Positions 1 through 12,600 of a stretch of DNA of 64,000 nucleotides are shown here, in pieces. The notes beneath the pieces are model-generated. The model searched no databases, was not told the DNA's origin, and saw only the letters and a list, made by a program, of their open reading frames with translations. The DNA comes from Carcharhinus longimanus (lineage: Eukaryota): the NCBI GenBank assembly GCA_030264375.1, contig JASCQW010000154.1, positions 20,898,196 to 20,962,195 on the forward strand. The letters are read 5' to 3'. The position numbers were made by a program, and so were the translations under genes. Within the stretch, counting starts at the first letter, position 1, and each line of letters opens with the position of its first letter.

Positions 1-159
1 ATATATCAGAAAGAGAAGTACAACTACCCTGCGTTTTTTTTTCTCTAGCCTACATCTTACATTGGTAAACAAAAAACATTTTACAAACATGTAAAATCAG
101 CATTATTTTGTGATCACCTAAGTTTGTGTGAGATTAGCCACCACAGCCATATAAAGAAC

Positions 160-420
160 AACAACCAGAACCTGGGTCTCTGGCGCTGTGATGCAGATGC
201 ACAGGGATTAGCACGCTGCATCACAGCGCCACAGTTTCTTCTGGGTGTTCCTGTTTCCTTCCACAGTCCGGAGATGTGCAGGTTAGGTGGACTAACCATG
301 CTAAGTTGCCCCTTAGTATCAAGGGGACTAGCTAGGATAAATGCATGAGGTTACAGGGATAGGGCCTACGTGGAGTTGTGGTTGGTGCAGACTCGATGGG
401 CCGAATTCTATGTTTCTTAT
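160..420 (+). mobile_element. Rearranged HE1-type SINE: inverted head fragment plus body and tail
   Basis: Body and tail match the SINE consensus seen elsewhere in the window; a 16-bp inverted repeat of the head lies at 181-196 and 216-231. Confidence 0.75.
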
Positions 421-429
421 GCTTTTGCT

Positions 430-1070
430 TTCAGACGGCGCTGACCTTTATTCTATTATTAACATCTACTCTGGACCTATGCTTTCTGTCTTTAATACTA
501 TCATTACAACTACCATTGACCCAAGTTCTTCGACATCTTTGTAATTTAAACTCCCCACTCTCTAACCTATCCCTGATCTTCACTTTTGCTCCACTTGCCC
601 CTTCCCACTTTTTCAACAGCTTAAACCCCATTACATTCCTACTGCTCTTCAGTCCCAAATAAAGGCTGCATGGTGGCACAATGGTTAACACTGCTGCCGC
701 ACAGTACCAGCAACTTGGATTCAATTCCGGCCTTGGGTGACTGTCTGTGTGAAGTTTGCACATTCTGCCCGTGTCTGCACGAGTTTCATCCGGATGCTCT
801 GGTTTCTTCCCATACTCCAAAGACATGCAAGTTAGGTTGATTGGCCATGCTAAAATTGCCCCTTGGTGTCCCAAGATACATAGGTTACTGGGGTTCTGGA
901 AGCCTTTAGAGTCGGTGCAGACTTGATAGTCCAAATGGCCTCCTTCCGCACTGCAGGGATTCTTTGATTTTATGNNNNNNNNNNCAAATTGGTCTTGAAC
1001 CGTTAACTCTGTTTCTCACTCCACAGATGCTGCCAGACTTGCTGAGTTTTCCAGCATTTTCTATTTTTAT
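430..1070 (+). mobile_element. Penelope-like element 3' region, interrupted by a SINE
   Basis: 985-1070 (gttaactctgtttctcactccacagatgctgccagacttgctgagttttccagcattttc) matches the arms at 21875, 44774/45205 and 57545; pyrimidine-rich 430-660 precedes it. Confidence 0.6.
664..974 (+). mobile_element. HE1-type tRNA-derived V-SINE, full length
   Basis: Head ggtggcacaatggttaacactgctgcc with B-box-like ggattcaattcc; V-domain ggtttcttccca...ggttaggttgattggccatgctaaa; CR1-like tail ggcctccttccgcactg. Confidence 0.9.
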
Positions 1071-1074
1071 TAAG

Positions 1075-1430
1075 ATCTTGAGTGGACTTGGCAGGATGGA
1101 TGCTGAGACAGTGCTTCCATTTATTTGCAAAATGAGAACTAAGGAGGCATGGATTAAAAGTAAGAAGTCTCCCACTTAGGACAGAGACAAAGAGAAATCT
1201 TTTCTCTCTGAGGGTCATTAGGCTGTGGATTGTGCTTCCTCAGAAAGCGGGGGTCATTGAATATATTCAAGGCAGAGTTAGATTTTTGATTGACCAGGGA
1301 GTCAGGTGTTATGGAGACACGTGAAGACAGGAAAGTGGAGTTGAGGCACATTCCAATCAGCCATGATCTTACTGAATGGTTGAACAGTCTAGAGGGGCTG
1401 AATCGCCTCTTTCTGCTCCTAATTCATATT
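1075..1430 (+). mobile_element. CR1 (HER1-like) LINE 3' fragment
   Basis: atatattcaaggcagagttagat...atcagccatgatcttactgaatgg...ttctgctcctaattc, the CR1 3' end repeated in this window. Confidence 0.8.
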
Positions 1431-2120
1431 TTTCATAAGCTATTCATATGTGTGTCATAATTAGCATCGCCTGGATAAAGCAGATGTAGAGTGTTGCTTG
1501 TGATTAAGATAGTATGTGAGTTATTTCCTATCATTGTGCCTTTTTTCAATTTTTATAGGGATTATTTACTGGCAATATACATGACAGCTGTTGGTGTTTG
1601 GAAGCCACATGTTCAAATTACAGCACCAAAAAGAGATTCATTTTGATGTCTGGTCCAACATTATAGCAGAGAGCTGCAAAGGCTTTGGAAGTTTTTTAAA
1701 CAGATGGAATAACGTTAAGTGAAGTATCATCATCGATTTAAATCTGCTGTTGGTTATTTTGCTTCTGTATAGTCTTAATACACTTGAAAATATAATCTTT
1801 TCATTACTGGTTGGAAAAATCGATGGTGTATGGTGGGTTCTGAGGCATTTGAGCACATATTACAATTACAAAAAGATCGATTGAAAGATCAACTTTTGGT
1901 TTATAGGGATTGTATGCTTGCCTTTTCACACTAACTTTTTTTTGGATATGAATGAAAAAGAAGTGATTTGAGCCCTGGGAAATCCAAATTGGTACTTCTT
2001 AAATTCAATAACTTCCAAAATCTGAGAAATGGAGTGTTGTTAACATAGAATTACAGAGCAGGTTACTCAAACACCCCTAAACTTGTGGATAAACTAGAGC
2101 TAAGTTGTTTAGTGAATTGG

Positions 2121-2350
2121 CACAGTAAGAACTCTCACAACACTAGGTTAACGTCAACAGGTTTATTTGGAATTGCGAGCTTTCGAAATACTGCTCCTTC
2201 ATCAGGTGAGTGGAACCTGTCCTCCACTTGGCTGAGGAAGGAGCAGGCTCCGAAAGCACGTGATTCCAAATAAACCTGTTGGATTTTAACCTGGTGTTGA
2301 GAGACTTCTTACTGTGCCCATCCTAGTCCAACACCAGCATCTCCACATCA
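2121..2350. mobile_element. Fold-back Penelope-like terminal-repeat element with hammerhead-like cores and 12-bp target-site duplication
   Basis: Arms about 2121-2205 and 2232-2318 are inverted copies; ttagtgaattgg occurs at 2109-2120 and 2351-2362; CTGAnGA...GAAA cores on both strands. Confidence 0.8.
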
Positions 2351-2399
2351 TTAGTGAATTGGGATTGAATTTCACATATTTACTTATTTAACCCCTTTC

Positions 2400-3260
2400 C
2401 CAATGCTCTCCTGCAATTTGGGAGTGTTAAAGTTCTCTCAGGGAGTCTGGTGAGGTATCATATGGTATATAAAATGCCCTGCCGGTACACTACTTCAATT
2501 TGCTTTGTGCTGATAAGATTGAAGTTGTCTCATGCATTGGGAGAAGTCGATGCGATGTTGCATGTCCAGCACTGAACTGAAAGCTAGCATACAGTCATTG
2601 GCAAACAGGAAATCGTGAAAATTGTCCTTGGAGAGTATAGTCTTTGCCTGAGGTCATCTCAGAATGAGTGAGGATGCGTCTTGTTTAACTCTGGTGGCGA
2701 CAAGGAATGGGTCAGAAGATTCACCAGCACCCAGGACATTTGGGAGCATGCTGTCATGGAACTGTCGAACCATTATGATAAATTTTACAGGCAGTTGAAT
2801 TTCTCTCACAATTGGCCGTCAAATCCTTGATCCAGCCAACAAATGTGGTGCAAAGGCCATGTTCTCTGGGAATTGTCTAACTGCAAACATTATCAGTGGT
2901 TCCCTGGCCTTCTTAGAAACCAAACTGACTCTCTGGCAGCAAATCCTGGTCGAGACGTTAGATTAAGTGGTTCAGAAAGACTCTGGCAAAGATTTTTCCG
3001 GTGACACAAAAGTGAGAGATTCCTCTATGATTGTCACAAGGCTGGGGAATTCATTTCCACTCCTATAGGTGGCCATTAGCGGCATCTTTGTATTATTGTG
3101 GGATGTTTCCTTGCTCCCACATAGACTGCAAGAGTTCATTGAGGTTTATGACCAGACATTGGCCTCCAGGCTTATAGGCCTCAGCTGGAATAGCATCAAC
3201 TCCTGGAGCTTGGCCACTAGACAAGAGTTTGAACAAGGTTTATCCTGATGCCTAATTAAA
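2400..3260 (-). mobile_element. Decayed RTE-clade LINE reverse transcriptase
   Basis: Minus strand reads NHRGISHFCVTGKIFARVFLNHL...LLPESQFGF...MFAVRQ and HDFLFANDC (decayed FADD), with stops and frameshifts. Confidence 0.8.
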
Positions 3261-3984
3261 CTATGAATTCACTGCATCTATCATTAGTGGTTATGGAAGC
3301 TCATCAAGGGAGAATAGGGATGGGACTGCAAGAGCAAGCAGCCCTTAAAATGCAGACTTGTGCAATTTACCACCCTACAACTTTGCCTCCATCTCCCCAC
3401 GAAGGAACTTTAAAGGGATATAAATATTTAAAGATAAGTGGCTACATATGGGGGAAACATATTTTAGACTTTTAAAAAGCCTGGGAATATTTAAAATGAA
3501 TAGTTTCGCCTTCTGAAGACCATTTGGGGCATAATAACTGTGGTGGTAGGAAACAATTTCTGGGCAAGAAAAGAAGCAGCACACCTGAATCCATATTAGA
3601 TAGCTACAGCGGGTTTGGATTCAACGGCAGTCTCCTGAGAGGACAGCAGTGCATATTTAGTAAAACCAATCAGCAAAAACAAAAAAAAAGAGGGAGCAGA
3701 CAATCCTGGCAGATGCTAAAGTGNNNNNNNNNNNNNNNNNNNNNNNNNNNNNNNNNNNNNNNNNNNNNNNNNNNNNNNNNNNNNNNNNNNNNNNNNNNNN
3801 NNNNNNNNNNNNNNNNNNNNNNNTGCAGGTGTAGTTTAATTGATTGCTTAGATTTGCGACTAGTTCCATGCTGATCTGCAACTTGCAGAGCCACTACTGT
3901 GCTCATGCCTGGAGAGACAAATAAAGTGGCTACTGGCATTCCAAATCTGGGGTTTGCTTATTTTCCTAGCTTGCCATCTTTCTT

Positions 3985-5130
3985 CTGGGTTTGATTCCTG
4001 TGTGTGCATATTGTCTTGAGTAGAGATGGAGTTGAATAGGTCTTTCTTCTCTGGACAAAGAAGAATGAGAGGCAAACTCACTGAAACATCCAAAATTCTT
4101 GGGAAGGCTTGCTATAGTGGACTTCTGCTGGGGTGTCTCAAACAAGTGACCACGGTCTCAGAACGAGAGGTAAGACATTTAGGACTGGTGTGAGAAGAAA
4201 CCTCTTCATTTAGAGGTTTGTGAATAAATTGATTATTTATCTCGTGGCTGCTTGTGCTACCTTGTGTGTGCAAGTTGAGAAACTCGGACTCCAGGCTGGA
4301 GTGTCTAAAACTAGGAGTTATGGCCATGGGATGAAGAGTTGATTATTTAGAACTGATGAGGAGGAACTTCTCACTTGGGAGAGTTGTGAATCTTTGGAAT
4401 TTTCCACCCCAGAATATAGAGAATATGGATAGATGCAAAATGGATCCTACATTGCAACAGTAAATGCAGTTAATAGCAAAAATATACTGCAAGACAGAAA
4501 TGAGTTTTAAAAAAAGCCTCAGACCCTTTTTGGGGTACTTACTCATGGAACTATCATTAAGTCAACTACATGAAAGCAAGCAAGGTCTCTGGTTCAGTGC
4601 TGGCCTAAGCAAATGGAAAATCAAATTCCTCGGCTATCGTGCCAGGATTTGAATCCATGACTTCACACCATCAGTCCAGGCCTGTAAATTGTTAGTCCAA
4701 TAATATAACCACTGTGCCATCAAAGCCCAAAGGAATAGTGCTCCACAAGGAACTGATATGTAAAGGAAATGGACATAGAAATTGCATGAGAAGAACACTG
4801 AAATTTACCAATGTTGCTAAAATTGGAGTCGTGATTGTAAAAAATTGCTGAAGTTTATAGATAGTCTAACACAATGAGCAATTAGATGGCAGATGCAATT
4901 TAATACAGAAAAATGTGAAGTAATAAACCTTGAAAGTTAACAAAGTGAAAAAAGACACTTTAAAAGGTAAGGTTTTAAAGTAAGTTTTACAGCAGAGGGA
5001 TCTTTATTTCCAATATACAGATCACTGAAGTGAAAACTGAATATGAAAGAAAGGAGGTAATGTTGGACCTTAGTAGGCCATAGTTGGAGTAGTGCTGCAG
5101 TTTTGGACACTCCATTCTATGAGTGACAGA
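3985..5130 (+). mobile_element. Scattered CR1 LINE fragments
   Basis: ggtctttcttctctggacaaagaagaatgagaggc; gaggaggaacttctcact...gttgtgaatctttggaat; tggcagatgcaatttaatacagaaaaatgtgaag (WQMQFNxEKCEV). Confidence 0.65.
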
Positions 5131-7142
5131 AAAGTAATGGAAATGTTACAGTGCAAATCCATTATGATGTTGGGACATTTTTCACTAAAGATGATCAGAT
5201 ATAACCTAACAGAAATGTTACAAAACCTTATAAAATAAACTCTAACCAATTCCAATAGTAAGCAAGAAGCTCAAGAAGGGATATGTTTAAGTTCAGTGTA
5301 AGAAAAGAAAAAGTAGATTTGATCTTTTTTCCCCCCTAAGAAGCTGGTTGGAGTATTGGATTCTCTGTGATAAACCACAGTTGAAGCAGAGTCCATAAAT
5401 TCTGCAAAATAAATTGAAAGGAAATAAATTGAAGGAATAACTTGAAGGGAAAGGGTGCAAGTGGGTCTAGACTATGTGCATTATATAGAGGCGGACTGAG
5501 GAGAAAACAGCACAGAATTTTTAATGTCTGCCTCCCAGGGTCCCTACAATATCCTCTTTTGATCATTTGTACTATGAGTGCAACAGATGGATAAAGACTT
5601 AAAACTTACATACTTAGGCAAGTGGCAGTTTCCCTTATAGGTATGTTGAATGCATTTCTGTTGCCGTCATCCGATTTCATTGTTTGTTCATGACCAATAG
5701 TGAAGTAATGAAACTGGCAAACTGGCAAACATTCAGTATAATTTTAGAACACAACCTGAGGCTATATCATTGTGAAATCAGAATGTGCAAATGCCTCATG
5801 TAATTTAGCATGTTTCTTAGCATATCCGAATCGTAGTAATGAGGGCTTGAATTAGGATTAATTGTTGTCTTTTACTTTCAGTGAGGACTAAATAAATAAT
5901 TTCTGAGTGCAAGGCAAGAGAGGGTTTGGATATTATGAATCTAACCTATTAATTCAGTTATGGTAAGGTGGCGCTGTTGACAGAGGAATTAGGTTCAGGT
6001 TAATATCCTACACGTCAGTGAATTGCACTGTACTTGACTCATCTTCTGCAGCTTGAAATTTAGAAAGAGACCTCTCCAATTTGTATAGTACAAAGTGAGA
6101 GAGAAGATCACAAAAGAGATACATTTCAAGAAAACAAAATCATTTGAAACCATATTTGAATCCATCTAGTTTGTTTGGTCTATTATGTTGCCTAGCTCAG
6201 CTGGAGGCTTCATGCAACACATTCTAAGGAAGTTTTGAAAATCATGCCAAAAAAATCCAAATACCAGATTTATATTACTTTATATTATTTTAACTACTTT
6301 AAAAGTTTTATTCATGTCTTGGCAGATATCTAAGTGCTAAAGCCTCAAGGCTTTCAAAGCCCCATGCAATGGGTTCATGGTTTGCATCCCAGATGTCCTA
6401 CAGATTCATCACAATTTTTCAGCTGAGAAACTCTGCAAGTGATGTGGTTTAAAATCAAAATAATCTGTTTCATATGTTTGAAGCTGCATCATTAGGAACT
6501 GCCTTTGTGAAATAGCTGTTACTTCTGGTAAACAATGTTCTAACTAAATTTGCTGAGCACTATTCGTAATTGTGCTTTGTTTACTTTCCTCAAAAGGAAG
6601 TTATCTCCATCCCATCGCTATTTAGTCATTTCTGGACAACACAACTGAAGCTACAATGTATGCCCTGTGCTAAATGTTGGAGGTTGGCTTTGGATCAGGT
6701 AATGCTGGTGAGTGAAGGGCTGGTGTGCAAGCAACGTGAATTAAAATGTTGAATGTTTTCTAATCAATTCAATAAAACTATTATCTCAAAATCTAATTTG
6801 AATTAAGTATGATTTATGTTTGTTTAATTATAATGCTCAGTCATTATAGTGAACCCTTCAATTTTGCGAACAAAAACACTGTGGGGTTATCTAGCCATGA
6901 GAACTATTTGTACTAAAGAAAGCACCATTTGTCGTTGAGCCTAATCTACAAATGGATTTAAAAAGAGTGTATAATCCGTAAAATTCAACAGCAATGCTAC
7001 CAATAAAAACGTGTAATTAATCGCATGCGAGTGCTAGACAATTTTATATGGCAAAAAACTGTCAGCTGGGAATTTGAAATAAAAACTAAAGATAGGAAAT
7101 ACACAGCGTGTGAAAAGGGAAAAGTCAAATTAAGAATTCAGA

Positions 7143-7984
7143 ATTCTGTTGCTGTTGCCACCATGCTTAAAATAGCAGATGACAACAGTACTCTTCTCCT
7201 TCTCTACTGCATGCTTTAACTATGGATTCCTTGCTGAGGTGAAAGTTAAACAGCTTTATAAACAACTTGATTTAAAGGAAATGTGGAAAAGCAACTAAAC
7301 ACCTACATTTAAATTACTTTGCAACATTTGTTGTACATGGAACAATTCTGCACTGATAATACTATATTTTTACTCTGAAGTGATGAGGCACCTGCTGTGT
7401 ATTTCCAACCTTGTTGTCCTACTTTCAACGCAGGTGAAGTGCAACATTCCTGACAAAAATGCAAATAAATAATTTACTTATCGCAGATAATACAATAAGA
7501 AAAAATAATTTTAAATGTTAATTTAAATGTCTTTATTTAGGATTTTCCTTTTAAAAACCACACTTATTCTGTCTACCTTTAACCTCCCTCTGTCTTGTCT
7601 TTTGCTTCTCTCCAACTACGTATAACCTTATCTTCCAGTTCTAGTCTGATTTGTTTTTGTCATTTCTTTCCTTGCTCAGTTTTAGTTTGCACTGCAAGCC
7701 TGAGTGTGAAGTTCTAAAAGAAAATAGTTACCAAGTTCTCTGTTGCTGTTGACACTATGCTAAATGCAGCAAATGACACCAGTAAGTCTTTTCCACAGCA
7801 AATGTATCTTATGGATTTTTTTGCTGAGCTGGAAGTTAATGTCAGATAACTTCAAAAGCAACTTGATTTAAAGGAGATGTGGAAGTGTAACTATCCAGTC
7901 ACATCTAAATTATTTGGGGAACATTAATGCCTTTGTTATACTTGGAACAATTCAGTGCTTACAATATCGTATTTTATGCTGAAT
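7143..7984. repeat. Diverged direct repeat of about 240 bp (7143-7380 and 7738-7984)
   Basis: Shared blocks in the same order: ctgttgctgttg, atggatt..ttgctgag, caacttgatttaaagga.atgtggaa, tggaacaattc. Confidence 0.8.
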
Positions 7985-10879
7985 TTTAGCTGGTTTATCA
8001 ATGACTTTTGTCACCTATGTCATTCACAAATTTAATATTCTGCATATGTGTACTTATCGTAGACAGTACATCATTAAAATAGAAATACAGCTTTTCTCAG
8101 TGTTGCAACAGCTTTAAAATCTGATAATTTGGCATATGATGAGGTGTGACAATCAGTTTCACAGTCACAGAACTGATCACTAGTCTGTTACCAATTTCTG
8201 CCTGGGTAGCAAAGGAAATTGAAGATAGTTCTGATTAAAGGGAAAGAAAACATTTTTATGACCTCTGATGTCGGTAGCTGGTGAAAACCATTTTAACTGG
8301 TTAAAAAAATCCAATTTTCTACGATGTGACATACAAGTTAACTTGCCTTTTAGAAGATTATTTTAATTAACATGAAATAGATTTTAGGGCTGAACAAGAT
8401 TAGTATACTTATTTTTAATTTTAGTATCTTAAAGTTAGTTTTTTTTAAAGTTTTAGTAAAATGGTTGAATTATAATTTTCGCACTTGTTTTCATCACAAA
8501 ATAATCCTTTTTAGGTACGGACAAAACATTTAGCTGTTCTTATTTATTTCTGAAATTTAAGCATGTGCTATTTGTGAAATACAATTTGTAGACTTTTCTA
8601 TTTCGACAATTGGTAAAAGTAGGTATTAGATACTATTTGTTGTGAAAGGGCTAATTCTCAATTGTTTTTTATTCAAATTGCTGTTATGAGAAGGGCTTGA
8701 ATGTGGACTGTGGATGAAATAAAGGGAGAAGACATGGAGGTCAGAATAAATAACGTCAGTCAATAGTTTTGCTAAGCTCCAAACTACAGTACAAAATAAA
8801 AACCAAGTTAAATTCGGGATATACTCCTCTAAATATGTATTAGCTGTGGTGGTGGCAGGGAAAGAGTTGCAGGCCATTCATATGTAATTAAAATGCAAAA
8901 TGCAGGCATGAAATAAAATTCTTTACTTGGTAGGGTAAATCATTTTCCACACAATTAAAAACAAAATCATCTCATTTTGGCGATATAATATTAAGTAAAT
9001 TTAGAACCTGATTTTGAATGTTGGATTTATATGAGCAAAGTGATAGTGGGTCTGCTGCGTATTACCTACTCAGCAGGATCTGGAGTACAGTCAAATGGCA
9101 AACAGCCTGAGCAAATAATTTGATTCAGTTGCGTCTCCTGACATCATTTAAATGTTTTCATGTTGTTCCCATAGTTCGTGGCCACATCAAGATGAGTTGC
9201 TCATTTTCTCCTAAAGATAAATGGCATATGAGACTTTAAAAAAAAAAATTTGGTTTGGCTAGCTACTGCCTGTCGCAATACAACAGCTCAGGCAATGCCC
9301 CAGTGGCAGCAGTCTAATTCTGAGGAGATACCATCACCTTTTGCCATGCCATGCACAAACATTTTATCTTCATAAAGTCAATACTCTGAGCATGCAAACT
9401 GGCAAAAATGTCACAACTGCCTTGGTTGACAAACCACAAGGAAACCAGCACAGCAACTAAAGATAAATATCCAAGAACAATGCTCTTGGACCAGCAAGAG
9501 CCTGACCTTTGGNNNNNNNNNNNNNNNNNNNNNNNNNNNNNNNNNNNNNNNNNNNNNNNNNNNNNNNNNNNNNNNNNNNNNNNNNNNNNNNNNNNNNNNN
9601 NNNNNNNNNNNNCTTTGGTGTATAAATTTGGTTTATATCCATATTATGAACTCCTCACACACAAAAGTTATCCTAAAACAATTGTTTTTTTCCTAATATA
9701 GTGTTCCACATTATAACGAATTGCAAATATACATCACCTAAGTGCTAAGCGGTAAATAAGAAGTCATCCTCAGTTTTGTTTCCTGAATTGACTTTGATCA
9801 CCTAGAGAGATTTCAGAGAAATTAACCAAATTTCCACCCTCTGAGGCGATTGGTTTTGGATTTTTGATCCTTTATTTCACCTCTACCAGCAGACTACATG
9901 GCACCTAGTGGATAAGGAGTCCCTTGGCATGATGCATGAAGCATCATAACTGATTGAGAAAGCTTAGATGGACCATCTGTCATATTTTCCTTTGCAGTTT
10001 CAGTGCTCCAAAGTATTCTCTTGGTCCTGCCAAAGAATTGTAGCTGCAGTATAAATGCAACTATCCAATTTGACAACACTATTTGTTGAGTTGTCAACCC
10101 TGACCATATTATTCTCCCAGACCCATGCCATTTTGTAGCTGTGAATGCAAGTTTACATATACAGTCAGTTTGCGCACAGTGGGTCCAAATGTCAGTGAAT
10201 TTTAGTGTTCAAACATTAAGGGATCAGTTGACTCACTGATATCAAAACAGATGAGAGGAATTTCACTTTCTGCTGGGTTTTCACTGTCCCTGATTTTAAC
10301 TCCCAACTTCCTCTAGCTAGCTGAAGTGCCTTGGATGTATGCTTGAAAATCTTGGGCTTGTGGTGTTGTTAGCAGCCCAACTTAATCTTAACCAGGCAAA
10401 TTACAAGATCTGCCTGGCATCCACTATGTTGAGCAAAATGCAAGACTGGCTTCACAAATGACTCATTCATTTACTGCAAGTGTTACTGAAGCATATTTAG
10501 TTGCAGCTATTAAGATCTATAGGGATCTGGATTCTATTGTGCTTTGTGTATTTTCATGGCATTTTTCATCTTGGAGATTGCTTCATTCTGTTCGTTTATT
10601 TTCCTTTTATATTCTAATTAAGCTTTCAGCTAATTAAACAACTAGGACAAGCAGCAGGTGGATTTGTAATAAAAATGTACCTCAGTGCAGAGTGCTGTAG
10701 GCTAAAATTCACTTTCCTCAATATCTCAGAAGCATGCATCAGAAGGCTGCAATTGCACAGAATTCCCACNNNNNNNNNNNNNNNNNNNNNNNNNNNNNNN
10801 NNNNNNNNNNNNNNNNNNNNNNNNNNNNNNNNNNNNNNNNNNNNNNNNNNNNNNNNNNNNNNNNNNNNNCTGCAATTGC

Positions 10880-11265
10880 ACAGAATTCCTACAGTGCAGG
10901 AGGCGGCCATTCGGCCCATTGAATCTACTCCAACTCTCCAAAAGAGAATCTTACTCAGATCACTCCCTCTCCCCCCCTACCCCCCACCCCCGCCCCCCCC
11001 ATCCCACCTTTAACCTATCCCCATAATCCCATGCATTTTTATAATGGCTAATCCACATAACATACACATCTTTGGACATTAAGTGTCAATTGAGCATGGT
11101 CAATCCACCTAACCAGCACATCTTTGGACTGAGAGGGGAAACAGGGGCATCCGGAGGAAACCCATGCAGACATGGGAGAACGTGCAAACTCCACAGTCAC
11201 CCAAGTCTGGAATTGAACCCTAGTCCCTGGCACTGTGAAGCAGCACTGCTAATCATTGTGTCACC
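10880..11265 (-). mobile_element. HE1-type SINE
   Basis: Reverse complement of the SINE consensus (ggaggaaacccatgcagacatgggagaacgtgcaaactccacag...gcactgtgaagcagcactgctaa). Confidence 0.9.
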
Positions 11266-11299
11266 TCTGGATGACTATTGCTGATACATGATACATATA

Positions 11300-12020
11300 G
11301 ATATACCCAGAGTGCTGTTAGGAACGGAGTTCTAGAAGTTAGACCCAGTGACAGTTAAGAAATGGCAATATATTTCCAAGTCAGAATGTTGAGTGACATA
11401 GAGGAGAATTTCCAGGTGCTGGTGTTCCCCTGTGTCTGCTGCCTTGTCCTTCTAGCTAGTAGTTGTTATGGGTTTGGAAGGTGCTACCTAAGTAGTCTTT
11501 GTGCATTCCTGCAGTGCATCTTGTAGGTGGTACACACCACTCCCATTGTGGAGGAGGGAGTGAATGTTTGTGGAAGGGATGCTGATCCAGTGGGCTGCTT
11601 TGTTGTGGATGGTGTCAAGCTTCTTGAATGTTATTCGAGCTGTACTCATGCAAGCAAGACGAGACTACTTCATTGTACTCCTGACTTGTGCCTTGTAGAT
11701 GGTGGATAAGCTTCGAGGAGTTAGAAAGTCAATTACTAGGAAAGTGGATTTCTAGCCTTTGACCTGCTCTTGTAGCCATAGTATTTATATGGCCAATCCA
11801 GTTCAGTTTCTGGTCAATGGTAATACCTAGGATGTTGATGTTGGGGTAGTCAGCATTGGTAATGCCACAGAATGCCAAGGGCTGATGGTTAGACTCTCTC
11901 TAGTCATTACCTGGCCCTTGTGTAGCACAGATGTTACTTGCCACTTGTCATCCCAAGCCTGGGTATTGTCCAGGTTTCCCTGCATTTGGACATGGACTGT
12001 TTCAGTATCTGAGGAGTCTC
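11300..12020 (-). mobile_element. CR1-group LINE 3' half (same family as 25100-27735)
   Basis: Reverse complement of the 27050-27600 segment (gtactcatgcaagc..., cagtttctggtcaatggt...). Confidence 0.8.
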
Positions 12021-12029
12021 AAATGAATC

Positions 12030-12600
12030 TGTTGTCAGTTGGCCACAGCCATTGCCATGCTGTGCCAGTCGTTGTCAAGGTCACTACTGCTTTGAAATTT
12101 GTTTTGTTGTAGGTAGTTTCCAGACTGCTATTAGAGACATTACCCTTATCTGCCAGTCTGCAGTGTTTCTGCATTAAGCAGGGCCTGAATGTCTTCTTGG
12201 CCAAGGCTAATCACTATATCACCGCTGCCATGGGCACCATCAGTCAAATCAAGAAGTGATTCCCTCTTGCCCTAGGCATCATAGACTGAATCCAAGTAAC
12301 AATTAAGGCACATTAACACCAGCCTCAAGAGTTCATTAATAGGAAGGGAGATTACCTAACTAATATCTATGTGATCATTGCAGAAGGATTATGCAGATCT
12401 GTGCCAGTAATGTTGGCAGATGCCACTCTGCTTTCATCTTGCAAAACTCAAATATTCCACCCTTCTGGGAATATAAAAGGATGCCTACTTGTTGACAAGG
12501 TTGTTCCATGTAAACCTTGATGACACTCTTCTGCCATCCCACCACACTTGAACATCTCAGATACAATCACAGTCACACCAGGAACCAGGAAATTTGCTGT
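12030..12600 (+). mobile_element. PIF/Harbinger (HARBI1-like, DDE_Tnp_4) transposase fossil
   Basis: Read across frameshifts: AVPVVVKVTTALKF, GSFQTAIRDI, GIID*IQVTIKA, EFINRKG, CDHCRRIMQICA, HSAFIL, LLVDK, LMTL..HPTT..LRYNHSH, in Harbinger order. Confidence 0.85.

Noticed and set aside
664-740. tRNA-like A/B boxes
   Set aside because: These are SINE heads continuing into SINE bodies, not tRNA genes.
431-934. 167-aa ORF, and similar ORFs at 14583, 36270, 49839 and 54855
   Set aside because: Read-through of SINE sequence; the same pseudo-peptides recur at each SINE copy.
5146-5163. Minus-strand AATGGATTTGCA (NGFA), like the start of a later HDAC exon
   Set aside because: No AG acceptor in front, a stop two codons later, and no RPPGHH; chance match.
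10747-10889. Direct repeats flanking N runs (also 43883/44054 and about 62232/62362)
   Set aside because: Near-identical sequence on both sides of a 100-N gap is typical of unmerged contig overlaps, not biology.
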